This document shows positions 42,990 through 57,449 of a stretch of 64,000 nucleotides of DNA, piece by piece. The position numbers and the translations under genes were made by a program. The DNA comes from the human T2T-CHM13v2.0 reference genome, Homo sapiens. Numbering within the stretch: position 1 is the stretch's first letter; every line of letters begins with the position of its first letter. The DNA is taken from NCBI RefSeq assembly GCF_009914755.1, contig NC_060940.1, one strand, 5' to 3'. The notes beneath the pieces are model-generated. The model did no database searches, was not told the DNA's origin, and was given only the letters and a program-made list of their open reading frames with translations.

Positions 42990-45129
42990 GCAACCTTGCC
43001 AGAATTTGGCATTGTCACTGTTTTTAAATTATTTATTATAATAGGTTTGTCATGATATCTCATCATCCTTTTAATTTATGTTTCCCAAATAGCTAATGAT
43101 GTTGAACATTTTTCCATGTGCTCATTTGCCATTTGTGTACCATCGTTGCTGAAATGTCTCTTCATGACATTTGCCCATTTTCTAATTGGATTGTTTATGT
43201 TCTTACTGTTGAGTTTTAAGTGTTCTTTATATAGTCTAAATACTAGTCCTTTGTTGGATATGGGGTTTCAGGTATCTTCTCCCAGTCTATAGCTTATCTT
43301 TTTGTTTTCCTCTTAAGGCCTTTCATAGAGTAAAAGTTTTTAAATTTTTTGGAGTCTAAGTTATCAGTTTTGCTTTTATGTGTCAAGTCCAACAAATCTT
43401 TTGTAGTCCTAGATCCTGAAGATTTTCTCTTCTTTTTTCTAAAAGTTGTATAGTTTTATGTTTTGCATTGAATTCTGCAATCCACTTTGGATTCATTTTC
43501 ATGTATGGTGTAAACCAAGATTGAGGTTCACTTTTGTTTACCTATGGAAGTCCACGTATACAAGCAGCAGTCACTGAAAGGCTAGCTTTCCTCCACTGAA
43601 CTGCTTTTATACCTTTGTCAAAAATCATTTGTAAGTATTTGTGTGGGTCTATTTCTGGGTTTTCTATTCTTCTTCATTATCCGTGTAACAATACCACACA
43701 GCATTGATTCCTATAGCTATTTAATTAGTCTTTAAACTGGCTAGATGATTCCTCTCACTTTATTTTTCTTTTTCAAAGCTGTTTTAGCTATTCTTGTTCC
43801 TCTGTCCTTCCATAAGTATTTTTGAATAATTTTCCTATATTACAAAAACTTGCTGGAATTCGGATAGGAATTAGACTAAGCCTATATATCAGTTTTGAGG
43901 AAAATTGACATCTTTCCTATGCTGAGTCTTCCATCAACATTGAATGTCTCTCCATTTATTCAGGTCTTCCTTGATTTATTTCATCAGCACTTTGCAGTTT
44001 TCAATATACAAGTCCTGTACATGTTTTGATAGATTTACACCTGCGTATTTTTTTTTAGCTATGGTACATGATGTATTTTTAATTTGGTTTCCATGTGCTC
44101 ATTGTTAGTATACAGAAGTGCAATTGCTTTTGTGTAAGTTTATCTTATGCCCTGTGACTTTGTTGAAGTAACTTATTCATTCTAAAAGCTTTGTCATTAT
44201 TGTTTTTTGTAGATTCCTTGGGATTAAAAACATTTTTATTCTAATCCTAAATTTCCTTATCCCTTGAGATTTTCAATGTTGACAATTATGTATTTTGCAA
44301 ATAAAAATACTTCTTTTTCTTCCTTTCTTATCTGTGTACCTTTGATTTCTTTTTATGACCTTAACACATTGACTAGAACTTCCAGTACTATTTGGAATGA
44401 GAGTGTTAAGAGTGGACATCCTTGCCTTGTTCCTGGTTATAGCGGAAAAGTGTTCAGTCTTTTATCATTAAGTATAACACTAGCTGTAGGTTTTTGTAGA
44501 TGCTCTTTATAAAGTTGATGAAGTTACTATTTCTTTATTTCTAAGAGTTTTTATCATGAATAGGTATTCAATTTTGTCAAATACTTTTCTGCATCAATTG
44601 ATATAATCATGTGATTATACATTCCTCTTCTTTAGCCTGTTAATATGGTGGATTATATTGATTGATTTTTCAATATCTAACCAGTCTTACATCCCTATAA
44701 TAAATGCCACTGAGTCACGGTGTATCATTCTCATTATATAATGTTGAATTCTATTTGCGAACACTTTGTTAAAGATTTTTGCCTCTATGTTCATGGGGCA
44801 TACTGGTCTGTAGTTTTCTTTTGTACTATTTTAGTCTGGGTTTGGCATCAATATAGTGTTAACAACATAAAATGAATTGGAAAGTGCTTCTTTTCTGGAT
44901 GATATTGAAATTGTGTAGAATTGGTGTTAATGCTTCTTTATATGTTTGTCAGAATTCTTCAGTGACTTTTCTGATACTCCAACTCCCCTTCCAGATCTTA
45001 CTGCCCCAACTCCTCCCACAATTATGCAAGGTCTGAAGTCTATAATAAATTTCTTAGTCCATAATACTCATAGTTTCTGCTTCCCTGATTGAACCCTGAT
45101 ACCTTAAAATCATTTGCTATTACAGTGGA

Positions 45130-45340
45130 ATAATAGTTAACATTTACTAAGTACTTAAAACATGCCAAGCACTTTACAATTGTTATTTCATGTAAGTAAT
45201 CCCATTAAGAAAGTGATATTGTCCCCTCAACTTTACAGAAAAGAAAACTGAAGTACAGAGAAGTTAAGTAAGCTGTGAACAGTCACACAGTAGGGATCAG
45301 AAGCAGGACAGAAATCAAACTCTTAGCCAGGCTGTCTACT
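45130..45340. mobile_element. MIR
   Basis: taacatttactaagtactta...ctttacagaaaagaaaactgaagtacagagaagttaagta. Confidence 0.75.
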
Positions 45341-48071
45341 AACGTTCTTTCTCTTGACCTCTAATTTCTCTCAGAAGACCAGAGCCTATGGTGCTGATAC
45401 GATAGAAGGCATAGATTTGAGCCTGGATCCCATTCATCGTTTCTGGTATAACCTGTGCTTTTCATTTTGTTTGCTTTCCCTTTATACCCTCCTGCCGTTT
45501 CCCTTCTTTTCGTTATCTCTTCTTTTCTCTGCTCATTGAGGATGTTTCCTCTGGACTTTTTCCCCGTCGAACCCCTCCCCCCACCTTCCTATCACCTTTT
45601 ATACTATTGGAAAGTGAATCAGACCCACAGGTGTGTGTTCTTCCAGATTCGCTGGCCCTCATATCATGAAGCACCAGCGTAAGAACAAGGGCAAGCCCTG
45701 GCTAGGGAGGTGGCTGGACGGATATGCAGTGCACTAAACAGAAGGGGCGTTCGTTACAGCAAGAGCAAGGGCAGCAGACACACACCTGCTGGAAACCAGA
45801 AGAAAATGGTCCGCAGTGACTCTGAGAAATTACCTTTCTTGTTCTGACTCCTTTTTTTGCTCACTTTGGGGTCAGTGAACTTATTTATTAAAACGTCTAC
45901 CATGCCTTAAGAAACAGCATTAATGCATTAAAATAAACAATACTGTGGATGCAGAAATGAACATTTAAGTGGATGCAAACCAGATCCATTCCATTTTGAG
46001 TGTGTGTGTATTTCTGTATTTTTTTTCTCCTAAGTGCCTTTGCTTAGTAAAAGCCATCAAATATTACTGGGAATTATTACTAATTTGTAAACAGTCCTGA
46101 AGAATTAAAGGGAGAGAGAAAGGGAATGAGTAAGTGGAAGAAAGAGAGAAAGAGAGAGAGAGAGGGAGAGAGAGGTTAAGCTCAAAGGCAGAGAGAGCGA
46201 AATGGACCAGATTATACAAAATTAAAAAGCAAATACGAGGAGACAATTTGTGCCGAGTGATTGCAAGCAATTACAGTCCGGCTCTTCTGGAGGGAAGATG
46301 GGGGAGGGGGTTATTTCAGCTTAAAAGGAGACTTTATTCATTCCTGATCAGCTTCTCCAACCATTCTCTCTTTTATTCTTGGATATCAATTTAAGAAAAA
46401 AAAAAAAAAGTCAGCTTTCAGATGTTACATGTTCACCCCTGTGAATCCAGCCCTGGGCAGACAGTGAGAATTTAAGCTTCCAATCGGTTCTTTCTATAGC
46501 CCTGAAAACCAATTTGTTCATAAAGAATAAAATAAGGGGCGGGGGGGAGAGGGGAAAACACAACACGAGCATGTGTTTCTTTTAGAGGAGAGCTTCAATT
46601 TTACTATAATTGTCTAAAGACGGAGCTGCTTTGATCTGAAGAATTATTATTGTGCCTCAAATGCCGGCTGCCAATGTCACAGCTGTGCTGGGGCTCGGTC
46701 ACGCCAAGGGGCTTGGGGTCCAACTTAGTCCCAGACCCGCCTTTGGGTCCTTCTCTCTTTATCGTTCCTTTGTCAAATGGGAAAGTTCATTTTCCTAGTA
46801 TGTCCATTGACCATCGAAGGCTATGGCATGGTTGATGTTGTACAGGTCCCTTGGAAGGCCTGGACACATGGTGGTGACATCACAGGGGCCCACCAAGGCT
46901 GGGCGGGAGGGGAGAGCCTCGCCTTCACATGGGCAGGCAGGCTGGATGTGCACATGCCCTAAGCAGGCTGGCACGATCATTAGATGAGAGGACCCGGCAC
47001 ACCGGCCAGCTGCTCTTGCTCATCTGTGTCTCCTCAACTCATGCTCGAGGTCAGAAATGGTCTCGGTACTTGAGAGAGACACAGCGGACCCTTCAGCACA
47101 CTTCCCTGATTTCAAGGCTTGGAGTTCATAGTTATTATCCCTCACTCCAGCCCGTGCTGCGCCAAAGCAGAGGACAGCTCAAAACACAGAATTAAACATG
47201 TTTCTTTCAGACGCAGAATGGCTAAAATCTAGATGGAGGGTCTGAGGGCTAAGCCAAGTCTTCAGGGCGTGTATTTTCCTTCTCATGGCTGAGGAATAGA
47301 CCAGGGGAATCTCTTCTGTATCACTTCCTTGGTGGGCCAGGCAGGAGGGACCTGTCCACCCTCATCTCACATCCCGCCACCTCGAAAGCTGCCTCGCCCG
47401 TCTCCTCCTGGTGCCTCTGAGGTCTCACTGGAGACTGGAACGTCCTCCTTACCTGCTCCTTCTCCGGTTCCCCATCACCTACAGCATCGTCCACACTCTC
47501 TAGCTCAGCATTCAAGGCTCTGCAGGTAAGCTGCCCTGCCCAGTCCTGCTGCCCTGCCTAGTCCTGCACCCCAGGTGAGGAGCCCCTCTGCTGTTTCAGA
47601 ACACATCATCGAATGCTCAGCTCTGGGTCTTTGCTTACGTCTTCCCCCTACCTGGAATACAACTGCTTCCTTTTCTCCTTGTCCCTTGAGTTCTTCTCTC
47701 CTTTCTTGGCTCCGCTTCTAACTCAAAATACAGATCAGGTGGATAAGAAAATGAATTACTCTGAATGGACTGTGAGACTAAGTTCCAGGGGCAGAGCTAT
47801 CTAAACAGCCCAGGTTATAGTCTAGGAGGCCGTGACAGTAAGGAGATGACAGGCTGCGAGGGACAACCCCCACTCCCACCCCACCCCCTCACCTCTAAGC
47901 CACGGTTTCTCAAACTGGAAGAATGCACAGAGCTCTTCACAAAGAAAATGTGGTAAAACACAAGAATGTCGGTGAACCCTTGGGGTCTGAAGATTCCAGT
48001 ATGAAAAACATTGTCATAGGAAACAAACAAAAACCCAGCAGCATGAAAACATGAACTTAATTATAGCTCTA

Positions 48072-48455
<384 letters not shown>

Positions 48456-48469
48456 ACATCTAGAAGACT

Positions 48470-48660
48470 TTTATTACCTAGGCAAGCTTGATTTAGTTAC
48501 TTAATTTCTCTATGCCTCAGTTTTCTTATCCGGAAAAGGGAAAAAAAATAGCTGATCTGGAAGGGTGGGTGCGGGGATAAAATGATGGAGCATGCATGTG
48601 TGCACAGTACTTAGATGACTCCTGGCACATTCTCTGTTCTCAACCCATGGCAGTGTTCAT
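48470..48660. mobile_element. MIR fragment
   Basis: agttacttaatttctctatgcctcagttttcttatc. Confidence 0.65.
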
Positions 48661-49439
48661 CAAACTAACCCCAGTAGGCACCTATGTTGTTACTAGAAAG
48701 CTCAGGGACCTAATCCTGAGTAGATATCTCATTTCCTCTTCAGAGCTAGGAGATCTCATATTCTGAAATTTTTAGAATGTGGGAAGGAGGATGTTCAGGA
48801 GACTGGGGCTTTGATGAGGGCTGAGTTGCAACCACAGGGAACACTAAGAAAGATGACACAGAGCAAAGCATGAGCTTTGAGCAAAGAGGAGGCGAACTGA
48901 TTTTTTTAGGGTAACAAAGGTTGAGCGTGACAGACCTGACATGTCTGGCCAGCTGCCCTAAGGATGGGACAAAGGGAGGAAGGCTATGCTGCAGAGCTTT
49001 GTAGAGGAAGAGCTACTTGAGGAGAAGGAATGGAGTTGTTATAAAGATTCTGGCTAAAGGGAACTGAGTGATCTTTGCATCTCAAGAAGTCATAAAAATG
49101 GGATGAATCAGGAGTCAGGAAAAGAGAGGGAGACCTATGGAGCTCACGGAAACGTAGAGAACAGCCTTGGAGCATCTTGAAGAGGAGAGAGAATGGAAGC
49201 AAGATAGCTCCAAAAGAATGTCTCTGTCTTACTTTGGTTGCCACTTCCATTAACTGCCCAATAACTTCAGGTGTTGGAATAGACAAGAGAAGCCCTACCT
49301 ATGTGGACTCTAGGTCACAATTCTTGGCTCCACAGCTCCTGCTCTCCTTACTTGCAGGGAAATGGGGGTTGAACAGAAACAAAGAAGAAAGTGTAGAAAT
49401 GAACAAGATGTAGGTAGCAGGGAAGTATTCAGGGGGTAG

Positions 49440-49665
49440 TGCACCGACAGGCACAATTTACCTTGAAATACAATAAAAATAAAAGCTGGATTGACAGGCA
49501 GAGGGACAAACAGATGGGCAGATTGTGATAAATCAAGTATATTCCATTGTTAACAATTGAACGTAGGTGGTGAGTGTATGGGTATTCACTGAAAAGTTTT
49601 ATTTTGTTTTGTTTTAACTTCTCTATATGTATGAAAATGTTCATAATAGAAAATTGAAAAAAAGT
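49440..49665 (+). mobile_element. L1ME-type 3' end
   Basis: aatgttaa-like core, taggtggtgagtgtatgggtattcactg...aaaatgttcataata. Confidence 0.6.
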
Positions 49666-50397
49666 TAGGAAACAGATTCAAGATCATCAACCCTCGTCCT
49701 CATTGGCCCTGAGACAAATTATCCCAAAAGAGCAGCTGGCAGAATGGTGAAGGAATAGATTTTTGTCTGCTCTTCCTGCTGACTTCCAGCTCCTCAGTGC
49801 TGTCTGTCTACCTTTCTGGGGCTGGGTAACCTGCTAAGAACAATGCTTGTAAGGATTTAAGCTATGAACCCAGCCTGTGGAATCTGTAATTTATCAGAGC
49901 TCTCCTAAAGGCTGATGCAAGTCTTTAATGCCCAATGAAATAGATCTTCAGAAGTGGAATTTTGGCCAGTGGAGAAGAAACTTTAGGTGGTGCATCAGTT
50001 GGGATTAGATTTGGTTACAAATGTCAGACAGTCCCAAACAACTGACTTAAACAAGATGGAAGCTCATTTCATGCTCACATCAACCAAGTCCAAATGGAAG
50101 TGGCCCAAAATGCTGTCCTCAAACATCTCAAGAACTCTGGTCCTTTCCTGCTCATCGCCCACACCTCTAAGGACAGTCCTCAGCCTCCTGGCCCAGGATG
50201 ACTGTCCCCATCTTCCAGGCAGCAGGATGATGGAAGGAAGAAAGAAGGGGGCAACAGCATGCACAAGCCACCCCTTAAGGACGGTTCCTGGAAACTGACA
50301 TACGGGCTTAGTCACATCTTCACACCCAGCTGCAAGGGAGGCTGGAATATGTAGTCCTTATTCTTTGCAATAATGTGCCTAGCAGGAAAAAAATTAG

Positions 50398-50646
50398 CTA
50401 GGCGTGGTGGCTCACACCTGTAGTCCCAGCACTTTGGGAGGCCCAGACAGGTGGATCACTTGAGGTCAAGAGTTTGAGACCAGCCTGGCCAACATGGCGA
50501 AACCCCATCCCTCCTAAAAATACAAAATATTAGCCAGGTGTGGTGGGACATGCCTGTAATCCCAGCTTCTTGGAAGGCTGAAGTATGAGAATCATTTGAG
50601 CCCTGGAGGCAGACATTGCAGTGAGCCGAGATTGCACCACTGCACA
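50398..50646 (+). mobile_element. Alu (3' truncated)
   Basis: Both arms up to gcaccactgcac. Confidence 0.92.
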
Positions 50647-50675
50647 AAGAAAAAATTATACTACTATGAAAAAAG

Positions 50676-50723
50676 GGAGAAAAGATTTGGGAGGAGAAAA
50701 GATTTGGGAGGAGAAAAGATTTG
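50676..50723. repeat. 17-bp tandem repeat, 2.8 copies (GGAGAAAAGATTTGGGA)
   Basis: Directly visible perfect copies. Confidence 0.9.
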
Positions 50724-51477
50724 AGTTTTTCTCAAAAGTCAGGAGAGTGTCTCCCTAGAATGCTCCAATCACAAATGCACAGTTTTCTACATTATCTTCA
50801 TATAGGGTCAGCTCTGACTTTATCAACTGGCCTCTACCACAATGGTCTCCTTTCTGGATTGACTGCATAATGAGGAGGAGAAGGAAAGAAGAAGCTGTGT
50901 GATAAGTGCTTTAGAATTTAACAAGCAAAGTTGTAAGGTAGGTAGTAGCATCCTCATGATAGAGATAAGAACTGGAGGCTTCCAACAATTCAAAAGACTG
51001 GTAAGGTCCTTATCTGTAGAGGCCACTGTTAAAATGCAGGAGGATGCAGAGTGGGGCTCCCCAGTCTTTCCCACCACCCAGCCCCTCGACCTTGATAGAT
51101 AATCTGAACCTTGGAAAGGACAGAGGCTGCTGGAGAGCCAAGAAATCCTAGACAAGGGATCTCACCTGGAGGGGAGAACAAGCAACAAAAGCTGGAATAG
51201 AGCAAGAGAACACTGGTCCAAGAGAACTTCAGGGAAGCAGCAAGCGAACATAGAGCCAAGAAGGGCCAGACAAGGTTCCTTGAAGAGCTGGGGGCTCTTG
51301 GAGGATGATGAACAGGGGTGCGGTGGGGAGAGGGGAACATTGTCAAAGGGAGGTGTGCAGGGCAGAACAGAGCACCTGTATATGTACTGCCATCTTGGAT
51401 CTACTCTAAGGATTAGAATATGAGTTCTGCAGGTTCTCAAAGAATTCTATGTTAACCTGGTGTCACTGTCTTCTTGA

Positions 51478-52125
<648 letters not shown>

Positions 52126-53261
52126 GCGAGTTTGACGCTTTCATTTCTCCTGCTAATGTACACTTTTCCTATATTCACGGGGGCTTCAACGCATCATCTA
52201 CTTATGCAAAGCTGTCTCGTCCTGTAATAAGCAAGCCCGTCCCGGACAGAAACCCAGGCCATGTCCTATAATAAGTAAGACCATCCCAGACAGAAATCCA
52301 GACAGTCCTGGTCTGTATCTGCCTTCACGTTTAGCGTGTTGTCTGCTAAACCGTTGATCTAGAGTGTCCCATGTTGAGCACAGCAGAAAGCACACCACTA
52401 GTGCTTAACACAGCTTTTATTAATATTAATAATTAATGCTTAGTGCTAATGAGTAACCAATTACCAATAGTAATAATGTCATCGAGAAAACAGTGATAGT
52501 CCTACAAGGCACAAACCTTTCTGCTTCGTCCCCCACACCCCAAATTATAGTTCTAAATGAGCTTCCAGAATCTTGTGACAGGTACAACCTCACACGCATT
52601 CATGTAATAAGACAGCTCTATGGAGTGAAATTCCACTTTCAACAGATACATTTTCAGCGTGGCACACAGGAAATTAAATGTGAAAGTATCATTAACATGG
52701 AAGTTGTGAGTTTAATTCCCTACACAGGGTGCTGAAAAACTGAGATTGTTTATCTATACCTCATCACGGCTACCTGTTTCCTGGGGGATCCAGTCAATTT
52801 CTTAGAATATAAACTCTCTTACCCCTTTTTTGGGTGAACATCTACTCTTCATTTCTATCCTCAAAGATCCATATTCTCAGAAGGCAAAGAAGTGAATGTG
52901 AGCATCTCACTAAGAAGAACAGGATTCTACAGTGTGGTTTGAGATTGCTAAGGATGGCATTCAGGGCTGATTCAGGACATGATTTTTTTTTCTTTAAATA
53001 TTTCTCTTTAGAGGAAGTAATGTAGCACTTAATGTCTAATGACATCTATTCAGGAATTCATCAAAGAAAAGCTGATAACAAGATGCGTTATCATAGTCAA
53101 CAATTAATGGTGCCGTGTAGGAATCTTGATTGCTCTTAGGATGTGTAACTGGTACAGCTTTTGCTCTTGGGCTGTTTTTACAAAAAGGCAAGTGGAGCAC
53201 AGATGTACCTTTCCGAGGTGATCGACCATAGTGATTGACCATGCACCACTGCAAGTCATAG

Positions 53262-53516
<255 letters not shown>

Positions 53517-54999
53517 TGAATCTCTTTCTTTCTAAACATCATTCATCTTCAGTTTTACCCTTCACTGCACATCCAACTGACTTGGGTGAGAGGAGTAAAA
53601 GGAGGGCTCAGGGGACCCTTTAGGGGTCAGGATACCCTCAAGGACTAGGTCAAAAGGAATTACAGGAAAAGAATTTTATTGACAATCTCACTTGAGAAGA
53701 ACTCACATAAAGGAGACTCAAGTATCTCTTTTCCTCTTGCTGGAAAAGGAGAAAATGAGGAAGCTGCTTGAATCTTTAGGGTTAGTCTTAGCCTGGAAAA
53801 AACCCTGCAGCATTCTGAGACATCTGAGAGGAGCTAGCATTTCAAACAGGAGCAAGCCCGCTGCATGGTGGTGATCCTCCTCCCCACTTTCTGATCCTGA
53901 CAAGGTGATGCTCAATTGATCCAGTGCCCTGAGCACCTCAGAACCTCCTCTTCCTCCCCACGGACTCATTTCTGAGGCTGGTTCACTTCACCTGGAGAAG
54001 CCTATCATTCCTCCTAATAGTCTTTTGGTTTTGATTTAAAGATCTACTGAATGTTAGAACCAAAAGGGTCTTAAACCAACTTCTACCCCCAAGTTCCTTA
54101 TTTTACAGATGAGAAAACACCCAGGGAGAATTATCAAAAGCCCCACAGCCGCCTGGAACATGAGCCCATGTTTTCAGACTCTCAGGTCAGGATTCTACTT
54201 TTTAAATCTTAAAAAAAAAAAAAAAAAAACAGCATATCTAAAGTCCCAAAGACATAGCTCTTGGATTCTCTTGCCCATGGTGGCACGATGTGAAGTCACA
54301 CTTAGCTGGCTTGGTAAAACTAAGAAACTCAGTACTGGCAGGCTGTTGCCCATGCTGGATTTTGATGAAGCCACAAAGCTTCAAGTTCACTGCCAAAAAG
54401 CTCCACCACATTGGAAGAGAGAATTTTCTACTTCACCAGTGGGAAGTGGGAGAAATAGCCTCTTGAGTTTTGGATGGATCATGAGTGCCTGAGTCAGGAG
54501 GGTATTATTCTATTTACCACTCCAGACTCACCCTTCATTTTCCCTCCTTCTCCGTCCTACCGTCTGTGCCATGAGACTGGCCTCTCCAGACTGCATCACC
54601 TAGATTTGCTTGTCTTCAGCTGGGTTTGGCCAATGGGAAGGCCCAGAAGGAGGTCAGCGATCAGGGGATTGGTTAGTCCAGCTCCTTCCTGCCTCACCAT
54701 GGTTTGGGCAGTAGCTGTGTCCCTTTCCCTGTGGTCACAGCTCCTGGCACACCACCTCTCTCCCTCAGCTGCAGGTCTCGCCCAGCCCAGAAGCATGGTT
54801 CCTTCTATTGCCACCTTGGTCCACTGAGGGATTTCATCATCTCTTGTCAATTCCCATTACCCTTTCACCTCCATAAATTGTCCCATTATTAAACTCTCTT
54901 TGTTAAACTAACACATTGAGTGTGCTGTCTTTTTTTTTTTTTTGCCAGGACCCTGACTAGTACAGGGGCCCCTGGATGAAGATGTATCAGGTATAAGAT

Positions 55000-55322
55000 G
55001 GGCTGGGCACAGTGGCTCATGCCTCTATTCCCACCACTTTGGGAGGCTGAGGTAGGAGGATCACTTGGGCTTAGGATCTCAAGACCAGCCTGGGCAACAT
55101 AGCAAGACCCTATCTCTACAAAAAATACAAAAATTAGGCGTGATGGTGTGTGTCTGTGGTTCCAGCTACTCAGGATGCTGAGGTGGGAGGGTCACTTGAG
55201 CCCAGGAGGCTGAGGCTGCAGTGAGCTATGATTGTGTCATGGCACTCCAGCCCTGGAGACAGAGCGAGACTGTCTCAAAGCAAAAAAAAAAAAAAAAAAC
55301 AAAAAAAAAAAAAACAAAATAA
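55000..55322 (+). mobile_element. Alu (AluJ-like)
   Basis: Dimer with a long A tail. Confidence 0.93.
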
Positions 55323-56067
55323 TAAGCTATGTGAGCTGACTTGTGTATGGAATCATTCCATTTGAATGGGAGGGGAGGCGAAAATAAGGTAGGAGACATA
55401 TGAGAAAACCAACAGCAGTTGGCAAAATCTGCCCAACGCTTGAGAGTCCTGGCCTATGTTTGATCGACTCATTCGAATTATATGAGACCAGAGTAGAATC
55501 ACAGGGCTCCACTTCGGTGCCACCCACTGACTTATTCCGTGGAATTGGGTGGGTTCCTGCTTCCACCTCTCTGAAGCAGCTGTATGATTCTGTTCCCTTG
55601 CACACCTGCTGAAAAGAACATGTTGCTACCTGCAATATCCAAACTCTACCATCTCATGGTAAGCTGTCTTAAATGCTAAAACAAACACAAATTGAACTGG
55701 TTTTCCCATCTGTTTCTTTAACAAATGGGAGCTTAAGCCCATAGGGAAACTGTGTGGGTCAGGGAAGCATCAAATGAACACTTCTGAATAAAAACAAATG
55801 TTTCTGAACTTCGCAAGATATTTTAAACAGAGCACTCCGTTGGCCAGGCCTGCTCCCTTCTGATGCCTGCACAAGATCCCGATGACAGCATTATTTGCTT
55901 GAATTGGATTTGTTTCTGTGCCCAGAAACAACACACAAGGAACCTGAGATAGGAAATGGCTACTGGGTCCTAAAAGTCTTCCCAGGACACTGTCTGAGAC
56001 CAGACAGGAATGAAACAAGAGTTGGAAACCACACCAAAGGAAATTCTTTGGGGTCTGGATTCTCGCT

Positions 56068-56526
<459 letters not shown>

Positions 56527-56902
56527 TGACTCAAGCGGAGAACCTGGCATCAGCCCCCTGAGTTTTCTTTAGTCCCCTCTTACAAGCAGATGCTCCTCTG
56601 GGTCCCCTCCAGGTCTCCATCCCAGCTGGCAGCTTCCTTGCCCTGCTCTGGAACTAGACTATACACACCCTGACTTTAGTCTCATTCCATTTTGCACATC
56701 ACCAGTGCCTAAGAAAGTGCTTGGCACATAGTAAATGCTCAACAAATGCTTCGTGGTTGGTTATGTCGATTAACCTATGAATGATGGAGCCAGCGGGTAA
56801 GAGATGAGTGGGTAAAGGAAAGAATCAACCATTGACAGTACTGTCTCTCTAGTTGATACATTATTTCTTTCCAAATGGGGCTGGGAGGAGTGGGTGGGTA
56901 AT

Positions 56903-56920
56903 TGCCACCAGAGGGACCCT
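56903..56920 (+). promoter_or_regulatory. Candidate CTCF motif
   Basis: TGCCACCAGAGGGACCCT is close to the CCACCAGAGGGCGC core; motif match only. Confidence 0.35.
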
Positions 56921-57449
56921 GTATGATGAGGTCACTGGGCCATTTTCAGGGATTCACTACTGTCTCTTGGGATTCCTCATCCTGTCTCCCTCCCTCTGTC
57001 TTCCTGCCTTCCCTCTGCTCTCTGACTCTTCGATCCATTTCTTAATTCTTTTTGCTGAGTAGTTCTTCAGTTTTTATTTCTGTTATAGGGAGGCCACTCT
57101 CACATTTTTGAGAATAAAAGATAGCGCTGGGAATAATCAAAATTACGTAATTTAAAATATTAACGTATTCACCAATACACTGACTTTACGATATTCGTGG
57201 ACTTACAAAATAATTTTATTTAAAACCTAGTTTCAAAAATAAAATTCCTTCTACCAAATAAATGTAACATATATCTGTTTCCATGAAAGCAAAATGAAAA
57301 TAATTTATCTTATTGAATCTCTTATTTGAATGCTAAACAATACCGTTAGCAGAACAATACTGTTTAGCATGTATTTTATTTTTTTGTCATATCTATTTCT
57401 AATATTATTATATCATGGTATTTGCCTAAAGGATGTATATTTTAAACAT

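Noticed and set aside
50676-50723. Short direct repeats as a CRISPR-like array
   Set aside because: Head-to-tail copies without spacers in eukaryotic DNA; simple slippage duplication.
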